A stretch of DNA of 64,000 nt. Source: Convolutriloba macropyga. Lineage: Eukaryota. Below are positions 50,350 through 62,160 of the stretch, in pieces. A program made the position numbers and the translations under genes. Every line of letters begins with the position of its first letter. Positions within the stretch are counted from its first letter, which is position 1. Under the pieces are notes generated by a model that did not search any database, was not told the DNA's origin, and saw only the letters and a list, made by a program, of their open reading frames with translations. The stretch lies in assembly GCF_964194025.1 (NCBI RefSeq), contig NC_134473.1, positions 61,690,001 to 61,754,000 on the forward strand, in the 5' to 3' direction.

Positions 50350-52270
50350 CATGAAGAGGAGTAGGGTCCTCTATTTTGTTGAAGTCAGTCCTTTGTTTAC
50401 TCAAAAGTTAGCTAATTAGAGTGAATCGGAATATATAGTTTTTTAGTTCAAAATTGGTCGGGAGGTTTGCTTGCAATCGGAAAGGAACTTGCTGTTGTTG
50501 GGGATTTACAGCTGTGCTGAAGGGTCTAAGGTCCCAGTCCGAAGGAAATTAAAATAATGTCCAATTATTTCTACAGTTTTGACAATCGCAGAACAGTTGC
50601 CAAGGGCAAATATTTCGCACAGAAAATTTCCTTGAAAAAATTCCACATTGTACGTAATATTCTGTTTTTCAGTCCAACTGGTTCTCTTAAAATTATTAAA
50701 TTTTCTAAGCGGTTTGCAATTGGACAGGTTTTAAAAGTGAATTCGCTGCGCGATTTCTCTGTTCGAGTTTTCATCAATTTGAAGATTTTGTTGTTCCTTG
50801 TCTCTTTCGTATGTACTTCTTGTAGTTCGATGCCGCTATTCTCTTCATTCAGCTTTTGAACCTATTAATAGGTCGTTAAGGTGGATAAACATTGGTTGAG
50901 GCAAAATGTTTAATAGTCGAAGCTGGCTTTTGTATTCTGTATCTTTATTTCCCGTTATCCATTTCACTACCTTTTTTGAAACTTTTCCAGTTTTGAAACT
51001 ATTTGAATTTCAGTTTTTCCTGCTGTCAAGCACGTGAAACCATACAGCAGTACCGGCAAAATTAATGACTTAAATAATCCCAATTTCAAAAACGTGTTTA
51101 CTTTAATTGCAACATTTCGCTTAAGCATGTACAAAAATTCATTTGCTTTCTTCAGTCTTTCTTCGATATACTCTTTCCACGATACATCAGCCAAACGTGA
51201 ATTCCAAGATCTTTGACAGTTGTGGAGCTTGCCAAATCCTTTCCCATCAATTTGTACTGTTGGCCTCTACCTCTGAATTTCAGATACGCACACTTGTCTA
51301 TTGCCAGCTCAATTTTATTTTGGAATACCCAGTTCTCAATCCCAACAAGCTCATCTTGAACTTCCCAGTAGCTTCTTTGCACAGTCAAAATTTTAAGATC
51401 ATCAGCGAAGATAGGGCTCAGAAAACATCAGGAAATCTGGAAGATGAATATACAGAACAGCAATGGGACTAGGAGTGACCCCTGTGGTACCCCGCTTCTT
51501 ATATCGAGTATCTTCGAACTGGTATTGTCCACACGCATATGTCATCAATCTCAAGTAGTCTATTAGCATTTCAAGCGAACATCCACCAACTCCAAAGTTA
51601 ATCAACTTTTGATTTAATTCATAATGTAGTACTTTTTCAAAAGCTTTTGAGAAGTCAGTATAGAAAGCAATTATCTCTGAGTGACAGTCGTGATCAAGAG
51701 CTTCATATATTCTTTTGAGAAACACCAGCATATTTGTTTGCACAGATCTTCTCCTGACAAAACCATGTTGACTCTTAGGCAGGAACTTTCAAAAATGATT
51801 GTACAATGCAATGTATATACATTTTTCAGCATCTTGCTATCAATGTCCAATAATGAGACAGGCCGGTATTTTTCAACTTTTCTTCGGTCTCCTTTTATGA
51901 AAATTGTCGTTATGATAGCAACTTTCCAGCTGTCGGGTATTTTTCCCAACCTCTTTATATTCTTAAGGACTGAATGCATAATGTTGCAGAGATTCTTGCT
52001 AGCCTTTACGTAAAAACCCGGAGGTATACCGTTCGGCCCTCTGCATTCTGTGGCATCAATATCATCTATTATATTTCTGATTGTATTCTTCGAGATGTCA
52101 AAATTTGTCAGAGGGTTTCTGTACTTTGAAATCTTTCAAACAGATTGGTTTTTGGGGAGAACACGGAGTGAAAGAATTCCTTCAACGTATTTACTTGTTC
52201 GCATCGAAGCAAACTTTGCTTGGTATCATTCATCAAGACTTTGTTTAGGCTTTTCAGATGTTTAAAAACA
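50350..52270 (-). mobile_element. Decayed CR1/L2-like LINE (RT and 3' region), 5'-truncated
   Basis: GPNGIPP, YRPVSLL, YTDFSKAF, FADDLKI and KDLGI motifs; related to the plus-strand LINE at 54.7-59.4 kb. Confidence 0.9.
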
Positions 52271-52833
52271 TCCTGTTGTTTTGCTGAAGTTCTGCGTTAG
52301 AGTATTGTACAGATCGGTCGAGTTCCGGTTAAAAAGTGCAAGGTTTTAAATTGCGTGAGCTCTTTTGCACAGTATAAGTTGCTGAGAATTGTCAGCAATA
52401 ACATTAGAAAAGAATTTCTTCCCTACAAGGACTATAGGGCTTTATTTAGAACATTTAACCGAAAACAGAGTACCTCAGAAGTATAAAGTCATATTTAACT
52501 CAACACAGGTAAAAATTCAAAGCCATCGGGCGATGGTCACATGGTTTCAAACCTTGCGATACGACAATTGATACTCAAAAGCATTTCGATAATTCTCGGA
52601 AAAATGGAATAAATTCAGCGATTTTAACAAAGACGAGTCTAAAGCTTATTTTACGGAAGGTACTTGGGAAAAAACGACAGAACTTCAGAATTTCTGTCGC
52701 CATGTGCCATCTCTAATATGCTGGAGTGCTGCAGCTGGTTTTCTCTATGTTACTGTAGGCTGATTGCATGAATTTTGATTAAAAAGGTGTAGCATGACAC
52801 ACCAAACGCTGTCTAGACGCAATTTATTTTCAA

Positions 52834-53438
52834 AACATGACAGACTAAAAGTCGGAAGAATTGCTCTTGAACGACTAATGGGAGCTCTAACCAATTGCAG
52901 CCTGCTTCAATCGGGGAGGGGGGATTGGGACTAAGAAGTTCAATAGTGGGCTTCAAATAGCCACATTAGAGGTTAATATATACCACTATTAAGATTTAAA
53001 GTGGAAACTGGCACCAGTTTCGGCGCAGTTTTTATTTCACTTTGAGTATTGAATTGCCGCCAATTGAGTTCAGCTTCTTGAAATTGTGATTGAGAGGGAA
53101 TTTTAGATCATGCAAAAAGTCAGGTGCGTGAAAGTCACTCGAAAAGTCGAAACTGTCAAGCGAAAACTTTGCATAAAAAAGACACACGTTTATAGTGTGT
53201 CCCATAAAGTTTGAAATAAGCGAACGTTTCAAAAGCCACAGATTAGAATTCAAAGGTCAAAGTTCAAATTTAAAACATGTACAAAAAATTGATGACTGAA
53301 AACTTAATGGAAAAAACGTTGGCATTCAAATGACCACATTGATGCTCAATTGCACGTTTTTGGCCTTTTTCGAAAGTTCGCTTATTTCAACTTTATGGGA
53401 CAGACTATACAATAATTGCTTCTCTACGAGAGCAATTA
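52834..53438 (-). mobile_element. HINE-B containing a Tc1/mariner-type MITE
   Basis: Homologous to 10163-10571; both termini present. Confidence 0.78.
53193..53407. mobile_element. Tc1/mariner-type MITE with TA TSD
   Basis: TIR TAGTGTGTCCCATAAAGTT.GAAATAAGCGAAC / GTTCGCTTATTTCAACTTTATGGGACAGACTA; the single TA of the host (GTTTACAAT) is duplicated. Confidence 0.85.
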
Positions 53439-53462
53439 ATAATTAGATGTAGACATACTTAC

Positions 53463-53509
53463 TTGTTTTCCACTATTGGTGGTAGCAGCCGGCACATCTC
53501 CAGATGCTC
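53463..53509 (-). CDS. PIP5K1: PIP5K1 exon (most 5' found): (G)ASGDVPAATTNSGKQ
   Basis: ttttcag acceptor and gtaagt donor; ends in phase 0 and joins KVGH. No conserved motif of its own. Confidence 0.65.
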
Positions 53510-53780
53510 CTGAAAACAACTCATTCAGAAATGTCTTGAGAACTATGCAGACGTGTAGTGTAGTACTAGTAGTAGATTAGGATTTAGGGATACGCTCAAT
53601 ACTTTGCCCTCATATAGAACTGTTGAAGTTTATATTATTATTAGGTTAATTTAATTTAGCAATTAGATTCAATTTGAAGCTGTTACGGGCCAATTTAATT
53701 GTTCGCAAGCGTGCTAATGTACGGCACGGTTTATATTAACTAGCGTAACGAACGTCCATCCGTGGTTGAATTCCTTTTTA

Positions 53781-53964
53781 GGATCTTTTTCGTTTGTGCC
53801 CCCCACCCCGCTTAGTGGGTGCATATTAATTGCACCCCCCAGACGAACGTTCCATATTTTAACATAATAGTAGTAGTAGTAGTAACAGTAATAACAATAG
53901 TAAATAATAGTGATCTGTAACTGGGGGAGCATAACGTAATGGGGGGGACAAACGGAAAAGATCT
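53781..53964. mobile_element. Merlin-like MITE copy
   Basis: GGATCTTTT.CGTTTGT / ACAAACGGAAAAGATCT; TSD CCTTTTTA/CCTTTTTT. Confidence 0.75.
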
Positions 53965-54265
53965 CCTTTTTTATTAAGAAGCGGGTACAAAATCAAAGCG
54001 CCAATTCTTGTCATCAATCAGGAGACAAAAAGTTTACGGTCCTCATTGACACTGGAAACATTAATCCTCTTAAAACCTTGCTAACAACTAACTAGAATCT
54101 GGGTCAGTCATTTTGATAGTTGAAGAGCTTGCATCTCATTGTTCCATACAACTGCATGCAGTTTACCCGTATGATCTGGATACCATTTCTCTGAAACACC
54201 AACCGGACCAATTCAGAGAGAAAGGTTTCGAGATAAAAAGACCACAATATTTCGGTCTTTCCCAT

Positions 54266-54336
54266 TATAGCCCCCAGCTTAGTGGTTAGATAACCTATAG
54301 CCCCCAGCTTAGTGGTTAGATAACCTAGAGCCCCCA
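54266..54336 (+). repeat. 30-bp tandem repeat x2.3 (TATAGCCCCCAGCTTAGTGGTTAGATAACC)
   Basis: Direct reading; shares CCCCCAGCTTAG with the Merlin-like MITE subterminal motif. Confidence 0.85.
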
Positions 54337-54770
54337 TCAAGGCCATAATGGGGGCTATAATTTCATGGGGGGACTATTATTATTTTTATTATAATTAAGA
54401 CTTCATGACAAATAACTCGAGGGGACTTATAGCTCCCTCAGTTAAGACATAAGATTGGAACGATATCTTTCACACCGACATAGAAAAATCCATGAACAGG
54501 GGTTGTTATCTGCTCAGTTTGTTAATAAGTATTTCCACATGATATTCATTAGTCTGCTCTATAATGCGAGTAATTATTGTCTGGTAGGGGCCCTCCCAGC
54601 ACTACGTCTCCAAAAAAAATTGTATTTTCAAATCTATCAATAAATGAAATATTTAACACGTCGGCCGAATTGCTCTCAAACGACCAGTGAGTGGTGGGCT
54701 TCGGTAGCAGACAATAGTTTGAGATTAACATGATTTACGGGGCAGCCGAGGTGGCACCCTTATCTTTCTG

Positions 54771-55376
54771 ATGGTACCTATTACTATTGCAGCAAGTTCA
54801 TTACACCAAACACTACAAACAAGAGACCCTCAACTACAACAAAAAGCAGAGCCACTATCAGCAATCGTCTACAGTGACAATGGTATTTGTCTACATCCAC
54901 TTGCAATAAACCCAAGGAAATTGCTACAGAACATCATCAAGGATTTCGATTACAGACAAGAATTTATTGTGTGGCACGACGTTATAAATAACACTAACAG
55001 ATCATCCTTTCGACCCCCGAACTCCCCTGTCATCTGCTCAACTGCTGAAAGAAATTCGGGCTTTTAAACAAATAGTAGGTGTTGTGTATTGCGAGTGAGA
55101 GGGTGCACCCTGCATACAGTCAGAACTGAAAACTCAGAACCTAAAGGTTGTCAATGTAGTCGAGGATCTCGTATCTAACAGTAAACGTAAAGACAGCTCA
55201 CAGACCAACGAGTACAACGAACTTCACCAACAATATTACTTAGAAATTCACAGTCTCGAAATTGTTATCAATAACGGTATCGACCTCAGTATACTCTTAA
55301 GGAAACCAAAGAAGCCGAACAAGCAACAACGAAAAGTGAAACGACAGAAACTGGAAGAAAATCAGGACATTGAATA
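54771..55376 (+). pseudogene. Upstream ORF of LINE, SGNH/GDSL-esterase-like, one frameshift and one stop
   Basis: TIAASSL, IVWHDVINN and NELHQ blocks in SGNH-like order; basic C-terminal tail. Confidence 0.5.
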
Positions 55377-55543
55377 ATTTATAGTAAGTTTAGAGAAAAG
55401 ACTGGTTTTAAATGTCCAGGCTTTGAACAAAACTTTCTATCGACTCTTCTTCTGTTGTTAAGAGACTGGATTTAGTTGTCCAGACTCCTAAGATTATCTA
55501 TCCTTCTGTTCCTTGAGTCTCGTTTCATTTATCCCCCTTAACA

Positions 55544-56420
55544 ATGTCAAAAAGTTGCAATACGTGTAAAAAAACTGATATATCAAACATCGCCAAGACA
55601 CTTTTGCGTCACATTTAAGGTTCCCATGCACTTCGAATCAATTTGTACTGGGCTTACGCAAGTTACAGTTAATGGTCTCAAAGAAGGGGGGTCAATTGGC
55701 AATGCTTCTTATTGTAAAATGTCTGAACAGCAATGAAAGAGACAACTTCACAAAATGTCGAAAAATTGACAAGATGAATGAAAAGATTGAAACAGAAACG
55801 CAGATCAACAAAAATTGCAGACAATGGAAGAGAGAATAACAACAGTCGTTGATACAAGAGTGGAATATGCCATTAAGACTACAAGTTAAAAAGTAGATCA
55901 GAGCTATGCGGAAGATGTTGCCGTCCAGCCAAGAAATGAAGGTGCTACATCTAAAGCACACTCAAAAGAGCCGCCTGACCTGGATCACAATATCAGAAAA
56001 AGCATTCGAACCGAAGGGATTACAGAAGACCCCAACAAATACAAATCCGAGAATTTTTTCCCCCACTACTAATGAAGTGAACGATGTATTAAACCGAATA
56101 GGAGTGACCACCCAAATAACGAAGCTAAAACGACTTGGTAAATTCAGCAACACAGGAAGAAACCACGGACTTTACTTCTGACGTTTCCGACTGAACAAGA
56201 TGCCAGATTAGTTTTAGCGAAAGCCCACGAAAACAGAACAGTTCTAACTCAAAAAGTTGTGTTCATTTTACCAGCCTTGTCAAAAGAAGACGCAATTAAA
56301 GAAAGATTCTGTCTTTAAAGAAGAGAACTACTTGAGGAAAATGTTCCCCTCGATAAACTGAAAAATCAAAACCTCGAGTTGTTCAATGATGGCAAGAAAG
56401 TGGATTTAGGAGATAACCAT
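55544..56420 (+). pseudogene. LINE ORF1 remnant (Cys-rich N-terminus, coiled coil, RRM-like region)
   Basis: MSKSCNTCKK..., LKRLGKF...KPRTLLLTF and VFILPALSKED; several frameshifts. Confidence 0.7.
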
Positions 56421-56481
56421 GAAAGACGGTCACTAGGTTTCATCAATGTTCTTCTAATTAATACAAGAATCCCAACAAGCC

Positions 56482-57178
56482 TGGAAAGAAGATTGAAATT
56501 TGCTATTGCAGTTATGCTAAATGACTCTGACATTATTTGTGCTTGCGAAACATGGTTAAACGACAACATTTCATCATCTGAATTACTCTTAGACAACTAC
56601 ACTATATATAGATCAGACAGAAAACAAGATGCGGAAAACAACAATCACGGAAGGTCAATGATTGCCGTCAAAAACTGCCTAGAACCTGAACAATTTAATA
56701 CTGACTAACCCGACTTTTCACTCACCTGCAGAATAGATATGAATAAACTCAGCTTTTTTCTGTGTTCTACAACACACCGAAAGGAAGTGGGTACAGATAG
56801 ACACAAGAAGACTTTGGAACACTTCTGTGTTGGAAAGAAGATTGAAATTTGCTAATGCAGTTATGCTAAATGACTCTGACATTATTTGTGCTTGCGAAAC
56901 ATGGTTAAACGACAACATTTCATCATCTGAATTACTCTTAGACAACTACACTATATATAGATCAGACAGAAAACAAGATGCGGAAAACAACAATCACGGA
57001 AGGTCAATGATTGCCGTCAAAAACTGCCTAGAACCTGAACAATTTAATACTGACTAACCCGACTTTTCACTCACCTGCAGAATAGAAATTATTAAACTCA
57101 GCTTTTTTTCTGTGTTCTACAACACACCGAAAGGAAGTGGGTACAGATAGACACAAGAAGACTTTGGAACACTTCTGT
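56482..57178 (+). repeat. ~349-bp tandem duplication within LINE APE domain
   Basis: 56482-56828 is nearly identical to 56831-57178. Confidence 0.93.
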
Positions 57179-59464
57179 CAGCCCTACCAAAAAACAGCTT
57201 AGCAATAATCTTTGGAGATCTTGACTTTCCGAACACAAACTGGCACAACTTCTCAAGTGAGGACACTGACGAACAGGAAGTACTAGAGCTCTTTGAAAAC
57301 AACGTTTTTCTTCAAAATGTTGGTTTTAACGCCCGCGAATACAACATACTGGACGTTGCCCTCTATCGAAATTTTTACTTGCACTGCGCTCTTGACGAAA
57401 AATTTGCAAAAATATTTAACTGCTCAGATTACAAGGCACTCAGTCATCTAGTTGAGTGCTCTCATACAGAAAAGAAATCAAAAGCGAACTTTTAGAAGTT
57501 TTGGAAGAGCTGATTATTCGGAAGTAAACAAATTCATTAAAATTAATGACTTCAAACCAGTGTGTTACACAGACTTAAACATATTGTGCGACGAGATGTA
57601 CGACTTTTTCGACAAAGTAGCACAACAATTCCCAAAAGGACCAGGCATAGGCAAGCTCTACCACCAGGGATTACACCAAGTACGTCCAATTTGAACACTC
57701 AGCGTAAACTCTTAGCGAACAAACCAACGTCATATCGGAACAACGTCGGAAGAAAATTTCAAAACGTTGTGAAAGAGGCCGCAGAAATTGATCGGAGTAA
57801 TTACCAAGAGAAAAAAGAGCACCAGAGGCACCAGTGTGATTTTCAAACATCTCAAAAGACCTAAAAAGTCACCAAACCTCCCAAAAGTTCTAATCAATGG
57901 TGGAAGATCAACATTCAACATTGAAGACAAAGTAAACTTACTAAACGACCTCTTTCATTCAGTCTACACTCCTAAACATTCCTTTAGCATAGAAGAGATC
58001 AATTCTATGAACCCAACTTTAACAAACTTCTGTATATCAAAGCAAAAAATTAATAAAATACAAGCGGAGCTCGACATCACTAAGACTAGAGGCCCTAACG
58101 GGTACCCCCTATCTTCTGACAATAAACAGCAAAACCAATGACTGATGTCTTATACCTAGTCTTTAGGAACATAAAGCGCTTGAGAAAAATCCCGACCAAT
58201 GGAAAATCGCATCAGGCACCCCTAATTATAAGAAGGGCGACAGGAGGCTGGGCACAAATTATCGTCCGGTTTCTCTACTGAATATCGGCAGTATTTTTCG
58301 AAAAGTGCATGTACGAACCACTATATGAACATTTTGAAAACCACTTGAGCTTGCATCAGCATGGTTTTGTTCGAGGTAGAACTGTAGCTCCAAATATGTT
58401 TTCCTTCCTGCAAAAGATTTACGAGGCAATGGACAAGAACACAAGTGACAACATAGTTATCGTCTGCCCTGACTTCTCCAAAGCTTTCGACAAAGTAACG
58501 CATAAAAAATTACTCATAAAAGTAGGTCAAATAGGTGCGGGTGGATGCTTCCTCGAAATTTTTGGTGACTATCTCCACAATAGAAGACAATTTGTCAGAG
58601 TTGATAACACAAGCAGTAGGATTCTTGAAATAACAAGTGGGGTCCCCAAAGGATCTTTTCTTGGACACCTTCTGTTCTGTATACTCATCAACGAACTCCC
58701 AGATGTCCTAAGACTGAGCAAGCCATACCTGTTTGAAAATGACCTGAAGATCCTCTCAAAAGGATACAGTGACACCGAATTCCAGGAGGACATAAATGCA
58801 TACAAACTGGGTGGCGACAAACAAAATGAAACTTGCAGTCCACAAGTGTACAATAATAAACATAAGAGGGCCCGAAAAAGATTTTGAACTCTAAAAGATT
58901 TTGAAATCAAAATTTGAACACTCTGCAAGCAGTCAAGGACCTTGGTATAAACGTCAGTAAGAAACTGACATGGTCGGCTCAAAAATATGCTAGAATCAAA
59001 AAAGCAAACAGAGTCTTTACTTGATGAGGAGGAATGTCGCCTATGCCGTAAAACCCTTGATAAAACTGGGATTATACAAATCGCTGGTTCTGCCAGTCTT
59101 GTTATACGGAATCAACTGTTCCACGCCCTCAAAACCTGATTTAGGCAATCTTGAAAAACTCCAGCGGAAAACAGTTAGGTGGATAACAGGACGATATGAG
59201 CCCTATGAAAATCAACGGAGGCTTTTGAACACATTGCTATTACCAATGAACATGCAGATGAACGATCTCCTCACCCTCTCAAAGCTTACTCAAGAAGGAA
59301 GAGATGGTATTGAAATACCTGAAATAAACAAAGTGCGAGGAAGATCCACAGAATTGTACACGCTCAGAAAAACAACAACAACAGCTAGGGCTTGTGGATG
59401 CATTAGGTGGGTAAGAGTTGAGGGTGGGGGTCAAGCAATGGGGGCAGTCAATTGATAGGGGCAG

Positions 59465-60050
59465 GATTGTGCTCTTTCGCACAGTGAGCTTCGATACCAA
59501 TTGTCTCAGCTCTGTCGAAATTGACCGGCTAGCTCCACCAGTGCTTGCGAAGACTAGTGGATAAAACGCTGCTCTATCAGCATCAATTATTCTTTGTTCA
59601 TATTTGTTTTTAAACAGATTTGTGATACTTATAGGCTTCGCTAGTGCTTCCGCGGACCATTTTTGCTATCTGGTTGAAAACTTGACCTCAAAGTAATTCG
59701 TTGATCCTGGATTCCCGATGTCTGTCGCTCTTGATATCCAAGCCTGCTATATTATGAGTTGTCTTTGTTTCAAAGAGCAAATTGGCAGACCTCATCCTTG
59801 CAACTTCTGAAGATAATGTTTGATCTCAACATCGTGACAGACATCACTTAAGAGATTCGCAAAGGAATCGAGAAGTTCATTAGGTCTCATTTTCCCGTTA
59901 ATTCATTAGGTCTCAACTCAATTTTCATCAGGTCAACTTGATCTTGCTTCAAAAGCATAGCATTCAACCAATTTGATGCTCCTTTATAACTAGCTACGTA
60001 AAGCGAACGCATCTCATTCCGACTCAATTCGTTTTCTCTTCTCTTCTTCG
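59465..60050 (-). mobile_element. CRE-clade non-LTR retrotransposon C-terminal (restriction-like endonuclease) fragment
   Basis: Minus frames give KGASNWLNA, DSFANLLSDVCHDVEI, EAYKYH, KNKYEQRII and PLVFASTGG, as in animal CRE elements. Confidence 0.8.
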
Positions 60051-61099
60051 AATTTTCATCTTTTAGTAGGTATGTAATGCGGGGCGAATGTATTCGCTGG
60101 CACTTTGAAGAAAAAAGTTTTGGAAGTAAAAATGCTGTAATAAACTAAAAAAGGCTAGTTTTTCAGTGGAGAGGTAAACAGTAGCATTAATTACCGGCGT
60201 CAGAAGTCTGGTACTGCTTTAGTTTTAGTTTCAATACCCTTACTAGAAGTCATTAACGTATAAACAAGCCGTTCAGGTCATTTAGTAGTTCATTTGGAGT
60301 CAGCATCATAACCAACATAGTTTAGGAGTTGACCTGTACAGAAATTGTCAAAACAAACATTGTTGAGTGAGTTGAACCAACTTAACAAACCAAAAATATT
60401 GAAGAACCGCGATTAGATCAAGCAGTTCGATTCAGAGCTACTTCGAGGAGTTCTTTTGAGAGTTTAGTTGTGGATAGACAACAGTAGCACTCTCTAGATA
60501 TAGAACTGTGAACAATCTTATATGAGAAAACGCTTGACAAGTTTTGCAGTTTGCTTGTAATCTCTATCTTTTCTTGTTTATTTATTTAGTGTTATTACTC
60601 GAATCATTTCATTAATTCAAATTGAGTTTCCAAGGGCTGGCAGGAGCAGTTTGGCCAAAAAACGGCCACCTCAAAACTCTAAAAGCGGACTGAGAGCCAT
60701 CAAACCACCTTTCATTTTGTTTAGATTTTTCAGCGCTAACACGTCCCTAGCTATTCAGTCTAAGCAAAACACAAAAGTTTATAAAATTTTACTTTGTTCT
60801 TTAACCAATCTTTGTGACATTAACAATAAGCATTCTCACCAATGACAATAAACGATGCAATAGAACGATGCAAGATGCACTCTTTGACCCAATGACTCTG
60901 CTTCATCGAACTTGTTTTTAACTTTCAATGTACTCACCATATTACGAAAAATTGTTTAATACATTTGATTGGCGGTTAGAGTTCGGGAGGCTGACGTGTT
61001 TTGGAGCAGGACATCTAAAACGCGACAAAAAAGCCGCTCACCTTATGCCTTCTTAGCAGCTTTACTAAATTTTACAGATAAAAGTCTTTGATCTCCGCC

Positions 61100-62160
61100 A
61101 CAAACGATCGGCAGTTCCGCAACTCTTTATGTACCTAAGAAGTGAATGAACTCTACGACGCAGCAAAAAGTGAAAAGATATATACCCTCTAGCGGGAATA
61201 TCAAAAAGCGTATGACAAAATTGCCCACGAAAAGCTACAAGACTTTATCATTGCTGAAAAACCGCTCAACCTTTTAAGCAGCTACTTTAGAGACCCTTAA
61301 CAATGATTCAAGATAAACAGTGACAGGTCAGGTTTTAGGAATGTGATAAGTGGTGTTCCCCTAGGGTCCATCCTAGGCCCCTCCTCTTCCTTGCCTGCGT
61401 CAAAGACCTTCCGAGGGCCGTTGACATTTATTTATCGTATGACTATGTTGACGACTTCAAAGTCATCATGGAGAGCAAAACCGACGCAAATTGGCTTGTA
61501 AAAAAGATTTAAACCTGGAATGAAGACAACCACATCTCCAATGACGTCGAGCAAAGCAAAAAACGTTGTCTGAAAAGAAGGTCCTAATGCGAATCCGGCG
61601 ATTCACTTGAAGTGTTGTCGCAACAAAAGGACCTTGGAGTAATCATATCCAGAAATCTCTCCTGAAGTGATAATTGTTCTCGAAGAACAACTAAGGCCTG
61701 GCGATCCTTTTGGTTCTTAAAGCTGTGAGGAAACTGTTCAAACAAAGCCAATCCCACCACAAAATTGAATGCGTACGTTGGTTACGTAGTGTTTGTTCCA
61801 ACCTACGCTTCCCAGTTCTGATACGCAACAAAAACTGACCTGAAATCGCTTTAAAGAGTGCAGCGCAAAGCCACTTCTTGGATATGCGGAAAAGATGCTG
61901 ACGGCAAACAGCGATTTCTAAAATTCAACATACTGCCTGTATCGTTGTATCTCGAAATACACGATATTCTATTTTTCAACGCAATATGTCACAAAATTAA
62001 GCTCTAGATTTGAACGAAAAACTATGTATCTACTACTACTACAAATGGACGATTTGCTCTCAAACAATCGTCGGAGAAGGATCAATGGTTAGTTAGTAAA
62101 TTAAATTTTTGCCATTTCTGAGACATACAAACGCTAAATTAATCAATCAGATTCAAGTAT
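61100..62160 (+). mobile_element. Decayed LINE RT fragment
   Basis: SGVPLGSILGP, YVDDFKV, QKDLGVII, RVQRKATSWI and NILPVSLYLEIHDILF motifs. Confidence 0.85.

Larger units (their letters stand above)
7795..53509 (-). other. PIP5K1: PIP5K type I (PI4P 5-kinase) gene span; 15 exons identified, start exon not located, 3' end uncertain
   Basis: Spliced minus-strand translation gives KVGH, RFKAYAP, GASGSLF, FIMKTLQ, MNNL, KYDLKGSTYKR, TLKDLNF, IMDYSF, YVGIIDILQ and KKKLEH..VSV..P motifs in order. All introns are GT-AG and exon phases match. Confidence 0.95.
54706..59382 (+). mobile_element. Near full-length decayed CR1/L2-group LINE (upstream ORF + ORF1 + APE-RT ORF2), inserted in a HINE-C copy
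   Basis: APE motifs (IICACETWL, YRSDR, FGDLDFP); RT motifs (YRPVSLL, QHGF, DFSKAFDKV, SGVPKGS); ORF1 with RLGK...KPRTL; flanks 54654-54705 and 59383-59460 match the HINE-C at 33978. Confidence 0.9.
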
